From: Gammaproteobacteria bacterium
GTDB taxonomy: Bacteria > Pseudomonadota > Gammaproteobacteria > UBA1113
Assembly: GCA_021156165.1 (NCBI GenBank)
Contig: JAJNBM010000003.1
Coordinates: forward strand, 67,817-131,520
DNA length: 63,704 bases
Reading direction: 5' to 3'
Positions within the stretch are counted from its first letter, which is position 1. Each line of letters opens with the position of its first letter. A program made the translations under genes and the position numbers. The notes under the pieces are model-generated. The model was not told where the DNA came from. It did not search any database and was given only the letters and a program-made list of their open reading frames with translations. Positions 48,432 to 57,919 of this stretch are shown piece by piece.

Positions 48432-50855
48432 TTACAAGAACGAAGTACCCGCTGAGAATTGGAACACCTCGGTGACATCATTTGGTTGCGGATTAATAGG
48501 CTTAGCCAAGCTAAATATGATTTGCCCCATAGGCGTTTGCCATTGTCCTTGCACACCCGCTGAATAGCGTATAGAGCCCGTGCCCGAACCATCCACAGTC
48601 GCCGCAGGCGCACCACCATTCCAGTTATAAACGTTACCGGCATCTACGAAAGTGGTAACGCGGAAGCTGTCTGGCGTTAATGGCGTGGGTATAATTAATT
48701 CAAAACTAGCCACTGTCATGGTATTACCACCAACCGTCTCTGTATCCCCATCGGCGGTCATAGTTCTAGGGCCTATAGAAAAGGCTTCATAACCCCGCAC
48801 AGCGCCTGACACGCCTATACCACCTGCGCCGAAGTTTTGATAGAAAGGCAAATATTGCGTGCCTAAAATACCGTCACCATAACCTACCTCACCGCGCAAC
48901 GATGCAATAAAACCCTTACCCAAGGGTTGGTAGATACGTCCCGTATAATCCAATTTATAATAACTGACACTGGTACCGCCACCAGGCAGCGATACATTGG
49001 CACTCAGCGAATGGGAATAGCCGCGTGTAGGGAAAATGGCCCTATCGTAACCATCGTGTCCCCAAGCAGAGGTTAAATTCACATTATAAATGCTTTCATG
49101 GGTTGGGTAGTCTATAGGCAAGCCCGTGGCTGGATCGATTGCCACTTCATTCACACGCTGCAAAGGCAGAGTCCAGGTATAATTGTCCATGAAGTTAATA
49201 ACCGCATCACTGGCACTGGTACCCGTATTTAATAACGTTGCACCATAGCCTATGCCCGCACTCAGCTTATCCTCCTCACCTACAGGAAAACTGTAAAACA
49301 TTTTAGCGCCGTAGTCATTCATTTGATAAGCGACACTGTCGGTATAGGTGTCGCTGGTATCATAGCGATCCGCATAAGCACTAAATCCTCTCCCTATACC
49401 ATCCATGGTGTAATAGGGATTGAAGTAACTTAAGGATACATTTTGCTCTCCAGTAGCCACTTGTATATTGGCACTTACCGATTTACCCGACCCCAAAAAG
49501 TTGGGTTGTGAATAGGCGGCATTCACCAAAAATCCCAAACTATTGGTATACCCTAGGCCCATGGACATCGTTGCCGATGGCGCTTCGGTTACATTAAAGT
49601 CCAAATCCACTTCATCGTCGCTGCCCGCTACGGCTGTATTATCGACTTTGACGGTTTTAAAATAACCGGTACGATTTAAATTGGTTTCGGATTGCTTAGA
49701 TTTAGATAAGGAATAAGGGGCGCCTTCTTGTTGACGCATGGCTCGGCGCAACACTTGGTCTTGGGTTTTATCGTTGCCATGGAAATTAATATTACGCACA
49801 TAATAACGGTTACCTGGGCTCACCAAGAAAGTTATAAACACTTGTTTCTTAGCGGCATCCACTTCAGGTAAAGGTTCTACATGGGCATACACATAACCGT
49901 CGTTGGCCATAGTGTTATTCATGGCTTGGGTCATATTGGTTATTTTTTTACGATTAAACACTTCATTAGGTTTAAAATGAACGAATTTTTCTAATTTTTC
50001 TTTAGGCTCTACAAAAGTGCCCGCCATCTTGTAGCCGCTCACTGTAAATTGTGAGCCTTCGGTAACATGAATGAGGATCGTTACCTTCTTTTTATCGGGG
50101 CTTAATAATACTTCAGAGCTGTCTACTTTAAATTGCACATAGCCTCTGTCCATGTAAAATGAACGCAAAGTCTCTAAATCGCCATTTAACTTTTCTTGGG
50201 AAAATTTGTCGTTATCTGTTAGAAAAGAAAACATGCCTGTAGTCGACAGACTAAATTGTTTAACCAATTCTTTTTCTTTAAACGCATGATTGCCTATAAT
50301 AGAAATTTCACTGATTTTTGCCAAAGGTCCTTCGTAGACGGTGATGTTAATATCGACGCGGTTACTGGAGGTAGGTGTTACTTTGGTAGTGACGGTGGCA
50401 TTATAGTTACCGCGATTATAATATTCGCGCTGTAAGGAATCGCGTATGCTACCTAATAAAGAAGGATCATACACACGCCCTTCGGCAAAACCTAAATCCG
50501 ATAAAGTCTTGCGCAAAACTTTAGTAGGAATACTCTTATTACCCGAGATTTTAAATTGACCGATAGTGGGCTTTTCTACCACTTTTACAATTAAGGTATT
50601 ACCTTGGTGATCCAAAGTGACATCGCTAAAAAAACCTGTTTTATACAAGACACGTATGATCTTAGCTGTATCGGAAGGCTTAATGGTTTGCCCAATCTGT
50701 ATAGGCAAATAGTTTAATACGGTACCTTCACTAATACGTTTTAAACCCTGAATTTCAATCTTATCGACTGTAAATGATTCTTCTGCGTAGATAGGCGCGC
50801 TTAGACTAGCAAGCAATGCCGTAGAAATCAACGATAATTTAAGTCTGTGTTTCAT
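48432..50855 (-). CDS. bamA: Outer membrane protein assembly factor BamA
   Basis: Signal peptide MKHRLKLSLISTALLASLSAPIYA, POTRA repeats, C-terminal beta-barrel ending ..FQFSAGTSFL. The track start 50930 reads through a REP. ATG at 50855 has AAGGA upstream. Confidence 0.93.
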   Translation of the reverse strand: MKHRLKLSLISTALLASLSAPIYAEESFTVDKIEIQGLKRISEGTVLNYLPIQIGQTIKPSDTAKIIRVLYKTGFFSDVTLDHQGNTLIVKVVEKPTIGQFKISGNKSIPTKVLRKTLSDLGFAEGRVYDPSLLGSIRDSLQREYYNRGNYNATVTTKVTPTSSNRVDINITVYEGPLAKISEISIIGNHAFKEKELVKQFSLSTTGMFSFLTDNDKFSQEKLNGDLETLRSFYMDRGYVQFKVDSSEVLLSPDKKKVTILIHVTEGSQFTVSGYKMAGTFVEPKEKLEKFVHFKPNEVFNRKKITNMTQAMNNTMANDGYVYAHVEPLPEVDAAKKQVFITFLVSPGNRYYVRNINFHGNDKTQDQVLRRAMRQQEGAPYSLSKSKQSETNLNRTGYFKTVKVDNTAVAGSDDEVDLDFNVTEAPSATMSMGLGYTNSLGFLVNAAYSQPNFLGSGKSVSANIQVATGEQNVSLSYFNPYYTMDGIGRGFSAYADRYDTSDTYTDSVAYQMNDYGAKMFYSFPVGEEDKLSAGIGYGATLLNTGTSASDAVINFMDNYTWTLPLQRVNEVAIDPATGLPIDYPTHESIYNVNLTSAWGHDGYDRAIFPTRGYSHSLSANVSLPGGGTSVSYYKLDYTGRIYQPLGKGFIASLRGEVGYGDGILGTQYLPFYQNFGAGGIGVSGAVRGYEAFSIGPRTMTADGDTETVGGNTMTVASFELIIPTPLTPDSFRVTTFVDAGNVYNWNGGAPAATVDGSGTGSIRYSAGVQGQWQTPMGQIIFSLAKPINPQPNDVTEVFQFSAGTSFL

Positions 50856-50891
50856 AATTATCCTTACATACCCATTATGTTTCAAGATGCG

Positions 50892-50951
50892 CGTAGGGGC
50901 AGGCCCCTGTGCCTGCCCTAACAGGGGCAACCACAGGGGGTCGCCCCTACG
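50892..50951. repeat. Double-hairpin REP between rseP and bamA
   Basis: CGTAGGGGCAGGC-CCCTGT-GCCTGCCC-taaca-GGGGCAACC-ACAGGG-GGTCGCCCCTACG. Confidence 0.9.
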
Positions 50952-50978
50952 TATTTATTCGGGCGTAAAATAAGCGCA

Positions 50979-52340
50979 CTACTGTAAAAGACGCATGATA
51001 TCGTTATAAGTGGCTAACAGCAACAGGGCAAGCAGGATTGAGAAGCCTATTTTTATGCCTATTAATTGAACTCTATCCGATAATGGCTTGCCTCGCACTA
51101 TTTCCAGTAAAAAATAGAACAAATATCCACCATCTAACATCGGAATGGGCAATATATTAACAATTCCCAAGCCTATGCTGATTAATCCTAAAAAACCTAA
51201 ATAAGCGGCTAATCCCGAATAAGCTACTATACCCGCGCCCTCCGCAATTCCTATAGGACCTGCTATACCACTCAGCCCTATTTTACCTCTGATCATTTTA
51301 TACATTAAATTAACCGATAAGCTGGTCATGCTCCACATTTCATGCCACGCCATGGGAATAGCGGTCAATGGCCCATATCTTTTAACGACCAATAAGTCTT
51401 TAGGCAAAGGCAATGGCTTAGCCCTAACGCCCAAATAACCGCGTTCTTCGCCTTGGTGATCGATGCGTTTGCCGAGCGCTACACTCAACGTCTCTTCAGT
51501 ATCATTGCGCAGGATGACCAAGCTTACCGTTTTTCCGCCTAAGCCCGTGATATGTTCCAACAGCTGTTGCCAATTGTTTATCGCTTGTCCATTAATACGG
51601 ATAATTTTATCGCCATGCCGCAAACCCAGTGCCGCGGCAGGACTCTTAAGCTCGACTTGATCTACGATCGCTGGAACATCTAATGCAAAGGGAAATAATC
51701 CAAAGTCTTCTAGGATATCGACATTATTTTCATCTAAGCGTATTCCAGATATATTGACCAATATAGAATGCGCCGCCGCATCATTAGGCCCACGCACCCA
51801 TACCAATAGCGGTTTGTCTTCGGCTAGTTTTCCATATAGGGCCATGCGTATATCTTGCCAGGAAGATACTGTATCGTCATCGATAGCCACAATACGTTGC
51901 ATGGGTGAAAAGCCGGCCTTAGCGGCTAAGCTATGAGGTACCACCTCGCCGATGATGGGTTTGATTTGATGTACACCTATCATAAACATAAGCCAAAAGA
52001 CGGCTATGGCAAGTAAAAAATTAAACAAGGGCCCAGCTAAAACAATCAGGATGCGTTTAAAAACAGATTGTCGATTAAAAGCAAAAGGACGATCCGTTAA
52101 GGATACCTTGCCTTCATTTTCATCTAAGAATTTAACATAGCCACCCAAAGGAATCGCCGATACTGCAATTTCTAAACCACTGCGTGTCATTTTACGCCAA
52201 ATAACTTTGCCAAAGCCTATAGAAAAGCGTACCGTTTTCACGCCACAACAGCGCGCAACGATAAAATGTCCCCATTCATGTACAGCGACTAAAATAGAGA
52301 TCGACACTAGAAATAGTAGGATTGATATTATAATTGACAA
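50979..52340 (-). CDS. rseP: Site-2 zinc metalloprotease RseP
   Basis: HEWGHFIVA zinc motif, two PDZ regions, and a C-terminal NILPIPMLDGG motif. Confidence 0.93.
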   Translation of the reverse strand: MSIIISILLFLVSISILVAVHEWGHFIVARCCGVKTVRFSIGFGKVIWRKMTRSGLEIAVSAIPLGGYVKFLDENEGKVSLTDRPFAFNRQSVFKRILIVLAGPLFNFLLAIAVFWLMFMIGVHQIKPIIGEVVPHSLAAKAGFSPMQRIVAIDDDTVSSWQDIRMALYGKLAEDKPLLVWVRGPNDAAAHSILVNISGIRLDENNVDILEDFGLFPFALDVPAIVDQVELKSPAAALGLRHGDKIIRINGQAINNWQQLLEHITGLGGKTVSLVILRNDTEETLSVALGKRIDHQGEERGYLGVRAKPLPLPKDLLVVKRYGPLTAIPMAWHEMWSMTSLSVNLMYKMIRGKIGLSGIAGPIGIAEGAGIVAYSGLAAYLGFLGLISIGLGIVNILPIPMLDGGYLFYFLLEIVRGKPLSDRVQLIGIKIGFSILLALLLLATYNDIMRLLQ

Positions 52341-52402
52341 TTCCTTTTCTCCTGTTTTTTGTAGATAACCTATACATTTCTCATAACTGCTATTGCTCTG
52401 GC

Positions 52403-52548
52403 CCCGTCATTGCGAGCTTGCGAAGCAATCCAGGGTAAAAATCACTGTTTTATAAGTTTCCAGGTTGTTTATTAGCCCCACTGCAAAAGATCTTCCTTTT
52501 CATTACCCCACATTTCCCTGGATTGCTTCGCAAGCTCGCAATGACGGG
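52403..52548. repeat. MITE-like element, family 1, with perfect 32-bp TIRs
   Basis: CCCGTCATTGCGAGCTTGCGAAGCAATCCAGG at the left end is the exact reverse complement of CCTGGATTGCTTCGCAAGCTCGCAATGACGGG at the right end. Confidence 0.9.
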
Positions 52549-52611
52549 TACTGTTATTCCTTGCTATTAGAATCCATTTCATAGGGCCGAGTAGCTACGC
52601 CCTTAACCCCT

Positions 52612-53406
52612 TTACGATAACAGCATCTGCCCGAAAGCAAAACAAACCGTTGCGGCTAGTAAACTGTCTATGCGATCCAAAATGCCGCCATGTCCGGGTA
52701 ATAAATGGCCGCTATCCTTAACGCCATATAGACGCTTTGCCATGCTTTCCACTAAATCGCCCCATACGGACACTACGGCGGTGATTAGAATTAAGAGAAA
52801 CCATGCCCATGATGCGTGTTTATAAGGATTAACCCATAATACCAGCGGTAAAGATAAAACTATTATCACCAGTAATGCCGCTACCAATCCTTCGACGGTT
52901 TTCTTAGGGCTAACTTGCGGCGCCATTAGCCTTTTACCCCATAAGCGTCCGGCAAAATACGCTGCCGAATCCATTATCCACACTATGGCTAACAAAATAA
53001 AAACGAACATAGGTGAGGCTATTTTTAATACCATGAGGCTCGCTAAAAAAGCGATGATCGCAAACAATCCGCAAAAGCCCCTCAGCCACGGCGATTGTTG
53101 CCACAAAACACTACCCTTAGGATAACGGCATAATGCTATTATGAATGCTACCCACAATAGAACGCCGCCTAAAGTAAATAATTCAAAGGGTAAATACCAG
53201 ACTAAAGCACACAACAGTGCTGTTAATATTAGATAGGGTATTTTAATTTTGGGATCTGTAAAATTGGCAAGGAGACACCATTCCCATGTCGCTAAGATAA
53301 CGATGCCGCAGCTCAACAAAAAGAAATAAAATAGCGGTAAAAAGTAAATAGCGGCTAGAACCAGTGGAATGAGTAGTGCTGCTGTGAGTAGTCTCTGTTT
53401 AAGCAT
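52612..53406 (-). CDS. cdsA: Phosphatidate cytidylyltransferase
   Basis: Signature SMAKRLYGVKDSGHLLPGHGGILDRIDS; multi-TM. Confidence 0.93.
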   Translation of the reverse strand: MLKQRLLTAALLIPLVLAAIYFLPLFYFFLLSCGIVILATWEWCLLANFTDPKIKIPYLILTALLCALVWYLPFELFTLGGVLLWVAFIIALCRYPKGSVLWQQSPWLRGFCGLFAIIAFLASLMVLKIASPMFVFILLAIVWIMDSAAYFAGRLWGKRLMAPQVSPKKTVEGLVAALLVIIVLSLPLVLWVNPYKHASWAWFLLILITAVVSVWGDLVESMAKRLYGVKDSGHLLPGHGGILDRIDSLLAATVCFAFGQMLLS

Positions 53407-53460
53407 TGTAACTACTCTCCTCCTAGGAAATAGCTTCGATAGTAAAGGAATGCGAGAACG

Positions 53461-53608
53461 CCGTCATTGCGAGCTTGTGAAGCAATCCAGGCAAAAACTA
53501 TACAGCTAAAAATAACCATGGGTAACAACCTTATGCTTAATAATTGTGCGGCACTCAGAAAAAAGCGATCTTTACCCCTGGATTGATTCGCAAGCTCGCA
53601 ATGACGGG
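53461..53608. repeat. MITE-like element, family 1
   Basis: CCGTCATTGCGAGCTTGTGAAGCAATCCAGG ... CCTGGATTGATTCGCAAGCTCGCAATGACGGG. The 74-aa track ORF 53412-53636 is read-through of this element. Confidence 0.88.
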
Positions 53609-53628
53609 CTAGAGATAATGAGAAGTTA

Positions 53629-54360
53629 TTAGGCATGTTCTGCTCCTATGAGCAACTGTTCGCTGATCTTACCAAAACGCCGTTCCCTTGAAGCATAAAA
53701 TGCGATGGCCTTATCTAATTCAGCTTCATCAAACTCCGGCCAATGTTTATTGGTAAAATAGAGTTCAGCATAACTTAATTGCCATAATAAAAAATTGCTC
53801 AGCCGTTGCTCGCCACTTGTCCGTATAAACAAATCTGGATCAGGCCAGGCGGCTGTGGATAAATGCTGGCTGATACATTCTTCGTTAATGTCAGCAGCGC
53901 TCAATTTATTTGCCGCTACTTTTTCGGCCAATAATTGACAAGCTTGCCCTATATCCCATCGGCCGCTGTAGTTAAAAGCAACGATGAGCGTCATTCGGCT
54001 ATTATCCCGTGTTAAGGATTCGGCTTCTTGCATGTTCTGTATCAGATCGGCATGAACCTGTTGTCTATCGCCAATAAATTGCACTCGTATACCATTTTCG
54101 TGCAAGCGTCCTATATCGCGACGCAAGGCCGTTAGAAATAGATTCATGAGATAATTGACTTCTGCACTTGGACGCAGCCAATTTTCCATACCAAAAGCAA
54201 ATACGGTTAAATAAGATATGCCTCGTTTAGCCGCCGCTTCAATGATTTTTTTAAGGGATTCTAAGCCGGCCTTATGGCCAAAATGCCGCGGTTTAGCACG
54301 TGCCTTAGACCAACGGCCATTGCCATCCATGACTATTGCGATATGCTGCGGTAATTCCAT
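53629..54360 (-). CDS. uppS: Undecaprenyl-diphosphate synthase
   Basis: HIAIVMDGNGRW, FSxENW-type FGMENWLRP, ERRFG. The track start 54426 reads through a REP; ATG at 54360 (MELPQH) is preferred. Confidence 0.92.
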   Translation of the reverse strand: MELPQHIAIVMDGNGRWSKARAKPRHFGHKAGLESLKKIIEAAAKRGISYLTVFAFGMENWLRPSAEVNYLMNLFLTALRRDIGRLHENGIRVQFIGDRQQVHADLIQNMQEAESLTRDNSRMTLIVAFNYSGRWDIGQACQLLAEKVAANKLSAADINEECISQHLSTAAWPDPDLFIRTSGEQRLSNFLLWQLSYAELYFTNKHWPEFDEAELDKAIAFYASRERRFGKISEQLLIGAEHA

Positions 54361-54384
54361 TACAACTACTCGCTCTTTAAAGAT

Positions 54385-54443
54385 CGTAGGGGCAGGCCCC
54401 CGTGCCTGCCCAAAAAGGGCAACCACAGGGGGTTGCCCCTACG
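54385..54443. repeat. Double-hairpin REP between frr and uppS
   Basis: CGTAGGGGCAGGC-CCCCGT-GCCTGCCC-aaaaa-GGGCAACC-ACAGGG-GGTTGCCCCTACG. Confidence 0.9.
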
Positions 54444-54484
54444 TCCGGATGCGCATTTTGAAGTATAGATACCTTCCATTTGAT

Positions 54485-55042
54485 TTATACCTCAAGCAAC
54501 TCAGCTTCCTTGTGGGTGAAAATTTTATCAATTTCTTCTATATACTTGTCAGTTAATTTTTGAATTTTATCTTGTCCTTGGCGTTCGTCATCTTCACTGA
54601 TACTTTTATCTTTTAAGCATTCTTTCAATTGCGCATTGGCATCACGGCGCACATTACGCACGGCAACTTTGCTGTTCTCAGTTTCCAGTTTGACGTGACG
54701 AATCAATTCTTTACGACGCTCTTCGCTCAAAGGAGGTAAAGGTACGCGTATAATGCTGCCTACCGTAACCGGGTTTAAACCCAAATCGGAGGTTAAAATG
54801 GCTTTTTCAACGGCAGCTACCAGATTTTTCTCAAAGGGCGACACACTGATGGTTCGAGAATCAGCCAACGTGATATTGGCTACTTGGTTCAAGGGCGTAT
54901 CAGTACCGTAATACGATACCCTAATGGAATCCAACAAACTGGGGTGGGCGCGCCCTGTACGGACTTTCAATAAAGTGGCATGCAGGTTTTCAATGCATTT
55001 TTTCATGCGAGTAGTGGCATCGGTATAAATAATTTCTAACAT
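54485..55042 (-). CDS. frr: Ribosome recycling factor
   Basis: 185 aa, LKVRTGRAHPSLLD, EERRKEL. Confidence 0.95.
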   Translation of the reverse strand: MLEIIYTDATTRMKKCIENLHATLLKVRTGRAHPSLLDSIRVSYYGTDTPLNQVANITLADSRTISVSPFEKNLVAAVEKAILTSDLGLNPVTVGSIIRVPLPPLSEERRKELIRHVKLETENSKVAVRNVRRDANAQLKECLKDKSISEDDERQGQDKIQKLTDKYIEEIDKIFTHKEAELLEV

Positions 55043-55067
55043 AATAACGGTTCCTTATACAAAAGTA

Positions 55068-55820
55068 TTAAGAGTTTGCCAAAGTAGATTGTGTGGCGTG
55101 GATCAAGGTACCTTCATCCAGCCCTAACATAATGTCTTTTAAAGCATGGGGTTTATTGATATTAAAAACGATAATCGGCAATTGGTGATCCCTACACATA
55201 CAAATTGCAGTTGTATCCATAACACGTAAATCTTTTTCGATAACCTCACGGTAATTGAGCTGACTATAGCGTTTTGCCGCAGGCACTAAAGTAGGATCGT
55301 CGGTATAAACGCCATCCACCTTGGTTCCTTTTAGTAGCACATCAGCACCAATTTCTATGCCACGTAAACTGGCTGCTGAATCGGTGGTAAAAAAAGGATT
55401 ACCGGTACCACCAGAAAAAATAACGACTATGCCATGACGCAGATGGTAATCTGCTTTGCGTATATCCATAGGGTCGACTAACCCGGTCATGGTGATAGCC
55501 GACATCACACGGGTTTCTACACCCGCACGTTCCATGGCATCTCGCAGAGCCAATGCATTCATGGTAGTAGCCAACATACCCATGTGATCCCCTGTGACTC
55601 GCCCTAACCCTACTTTAGCCAAAGCCTCACCACGGAACAGATTACCGCCACCCATCACCAAACCCACTTCAATGCCTAAACTGGCAATTTCAGTGACTTC
55701 GCTGGCAATACGATCTAAAACCACGGGGTCAATTCCAAATTGAGAATTTCCCATCAATATCTCGCCACTCATTTTTAACATGATGCGACCATACTTAGGC
55801 TTTTCACGATTGCCAAACAT
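55068..55820 (-). CDS. pyrH: UMP kinase
   Basis: [31 protein letters not shown]. Confidence 0.95.
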   Translation of the reverse strand: MFGNREKPKYGRIMLKMSGEILMGNSQFGIDPVVLDRIASEVTEIASLGIEVGLVMGGGNLFRGEALAKVGLGRVTGDHMGMLATTMNALALRDAMERAGVETRVMSAITMTGLVDPMDIRKADYHLRHGIVVIFSGGTGNPFFTTDSAASLRGIEIGADVLLKGTKVDGVYTDDPTLVPAAKRYSQLNYREVIEKDLRVMDTTAICMCRDHQLPIIVFNINKPHALKDIMLGLDEGTLIHATQSTLANS

Positions 55821-55853
55821 ACTAACTCCTCAATCTATCTTCAAATCTCAGCG

Positions 55854-55912
55854 CGTAGGGGCAGACGCCTGTGCCGACCTTAGATGGGCAAGCACAGGGG
55901 GCTGCCCCTACG
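55854..55912. repeat. Double-hairpin REP (diverged) between tsf and pyrH
   Basis: CGTAGGGGCAGACGCCTGTGCCGACC-ttagat-GGGCAAGCACAGGGGGCTGCCCCTACG. Confidence 0.8.
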
Positions 55913-55938
55913 ATTTCGTATTGCGAAATACACCAGCC

Positions 55939-56820
55939 CTATCCTTTAACTTGTGCCATCACTTCACTGGCAAAGTCTACTACTTGTTTCTCTACGCCCT
56001 CACCCACTTCAAAACGCACAAAACTTTCAACTTCAGCTTTTTGAGTAGCAAGTACTTTGTGTACCGATATATTTTGATCTTTAACAAAAGGTTGGCCTAA
56101 GAGGCTGACTTCATCTAAATATTTTTTAATGCGCCCATCAACCATTTTGGCAATGATGTCCGCAGGTTTGCCGCTTTCAGCCGCTTGTACGGTATAAATC
56201 TCGCGTTCTTTTTCAATAAGCTGTGGTGAAATCTCTGTTGGAGAGACCACTAAAGGTTGTAACGCCGCCACATGCATCGCGAGATCTTTTGCTAAGGACA
56301 TATCGCCGCTTTTCATCGCTACCAATACCCCGATGCGATTGCCGTGATTATAGGCACCAATTAACCCATGGCTAGTGACCAAAGCAATCCGGCGAATATT
56401 GATGTTTTCGCCTAATTTGGCGATTAAAGCTTGTCTTTTTGCTTCTACGCTTAAATTTTCGCTCGCATCGAATACCAGATTATTAAGTTGATTGCTATCC
56501 TTTGCATTATGTTCCAAGGCCAATTGAGCCACACGGTGCGTAAATTGGATAAAATCTTCGGCACGTGCCACAAAATCGGTTTCGCAATTGACTTCAACGA
56601 GTGCCGCCTTACGATGATCAGCGCTCACAGCAAACGCAATTAAGCCTTCTGCCGTAATGCGATCCCCTTTCTTAGCAGCTTTAATAGCCCCTTTCTCACG
56701 CAACAATTGGATAGCAGCCTCTATATCCCCTGCTGTTGATGTTAAAGCGTTCTTACAATCCATCATAGCAGCGCCGGTGCGCTCCCGTAATTCTTTGACT
56801 AAACTTGCGGATATATTCAT
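55939..56820 (-). CDS. tsf: Translation elongation factor Ts
   Basis: LVKELRERTGAAMMDCKNAL UBA-like N-terminus; 293 aa. Confidence 0.95.
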   Translation of the reverse strand: MNISASLVKELRERTGAAMMDCKNALTSTAGDIEAAIQLLREKGAIKAAKKGDRITAEGLIAFAVSADHRKAALVEVNCETDFVARAEDFIQFTHRVAQLALEHNAKDSNQLNNLVFDASENLSVEAKRQALIAKLGENINIRRIALVTSHGLIGAYNHGNRIGVLVAMKSGDMSLAKDLAMHVAALQPLVVSPTEISPQLIEKEREIYTVQAAESGKPADIIAKMVDGRIKKYLDEVSLLGQPFVKDQNISVHKVLATQKAEVESFVRFEVGEGVEKQVVDFASEVMAQVKG

Positions 56821-56826
56821 CTTTAA

Positions 56827-57594
56827 TTAAGCCCCTTCTTTGTTATCTGAAACAGTTGGTATGGCAGACTCTACCATTTCAGCTGCCTTATCGCTCAGCA
56901 TCGCTACAGAGGGTGTAGATACCGCTTTGGCCTCTAAGATGACATCGGCAACGGTTTTAGCATAAAAACGAATGGCACGGCTGGCATCATCATTACCTGG
57001 GATAACGTAGTCTATGCCATCTGGAGAATGGTTAGTATCCACTACGCCTATAACAGGGATACCTAAGCGCTGCGCTTCGGTAATGGCAATTTTTTCGTTA
57101 CCTACATCGATAACAAATAGAGCATCGGGTAAGCCGCCCATATCTTTTATGCCGCCTATAGCACGTTCCAATTTATCTATTTCACGTTGAAATTGTAGCG
57201 CTTCTTTTTTAGTGAAATATTCGAAAGAACCATCTTGCTTCATCTTTTCTAGTTCACGATAACGCTTAATCAATTGTCGCATCGTCTTATAGTTGGTGAG
57301 CATGCCGCCTAGCCAGCGGTAATCCACATAGGGCATACCACAGCGTATAGCTTCTTCTTTAATGGCTGCCTGCGCCGAATACTTAGTCCCTACAAATAAA
57401 ATTTTACCGCGGTTGCTCACTTTAGATGAGATAAAATTCAACGCATCGTGAAACAATGGCAATGTTTTTTCTAGGTTAATAATATGAACCTTATTATGTA
57501 CGCCATAAATATAGGCTTCCATTTTAGGATTCCAATAGCGTTTTTGGTGACCGTAATGGACACCCGCTGCTAACATATCTTTCATGTTGATCAT
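56827..57594 (-). CDS. rpsB: 30S ribosomal protein S2
   Basis: [42 protein letters not shown]. Confidence 0.96.
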   Translation of the reverse strand: MINMKDMLAAGVHYGHQKRYWNPKMEAYIYGVHNKVHIINLEKTLPLFHDALNFISSKVSNRGKILFVGTKYSAQAAIKEEAIRCGMPYVDYRWLGGMLTNYKTMRQLIKRYRELEKMKQDGSFEYFTKKEALQFQREIDKLERAIGGIKDMGGLPDALFVIDVGNEKIAITEAQRLGIPVIGVVDTNHSPDGIDYVIPGNDDASRAIRFYAKTVADVILEAKAVSTPSVAMLSDKAAEMVESAIPTVSDNKEGA

Positions 57595-57645
57595 TTAATA
57601 CATTTCTCCAAGGGTTAGGCCTCCACGTGCCCGCACAACAAACCT

Positions 57646-57796
57646 GATATTCTTCGCCTCTGACTTTTATGCTCTTCGCCTTTGACCTTTAGGCTTTGTT
57701 GACTTCACCCATCCGCACCAGTCATGTATGAGTACATACACTCCTGGCGCTCGAGGGTTCGTCGCCTCGCCTAAAAGCCAAATGCTGTGAGCACAT
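57646..57796. repeat. Family-2 MITE-like element in the rpsB upstream region (left terminus partly duplicated)
   Basis: GATATTCTTCGCCTCTGACTTTTATG + CTCTTCGCCTTTGACCTTTAGGC ... GCCTAAAAGCCAAATGCTGTGAGCACAT. Confidence 0.8.
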
Positions 57797-57887
57797 ACAT
57801 CTCAAGCTGAGATGTACCAGGCACCCTGCTGTACGTTATGGCACATGTGTGTTATTTATCCCTATAATATCGAGATACGAATCTGCG

Positions 57888-57919
57888 CGTAGGGGCAACC
57901 ACAGGGGGGTGCCCCTACG
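57888..57919. repeat. Single-hairpin REP unit between rpsB and map
   Basis: CGTAGGGGCAACC-ACAGGG-GGGTGCCCCTACG. Confidence 0.8.

Noticed and set aside
50856-50930. N-terminal extensions of bamA (to 50930), uppS (to 54426), ampG (to 14488) and the small membrane ORF (to 29668)
   Set aside because: The extensions are translated REP, MITE or tRNA sequence. Internal ATGs with good SDs begin at the expected conserved N-termini or signal peptides.
53412-53636. 74-aa ORF between cdsA and uppS
   Set aside because: It lies entirely within a family-1 MITE. The peptide (..LARHCELANQSRG..) is simply the translated inverted repeat, and the same string would arise at every copy.
20793-57919. Possibility that the GC-rich repeats form a CRISPR array
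   Set aside because: The copies are dispersed over 37 kb in separate intergenic regions. They are themselves internally palindromic double hairpins, have no regular spacing or unique spacers, and no cas genes are present.
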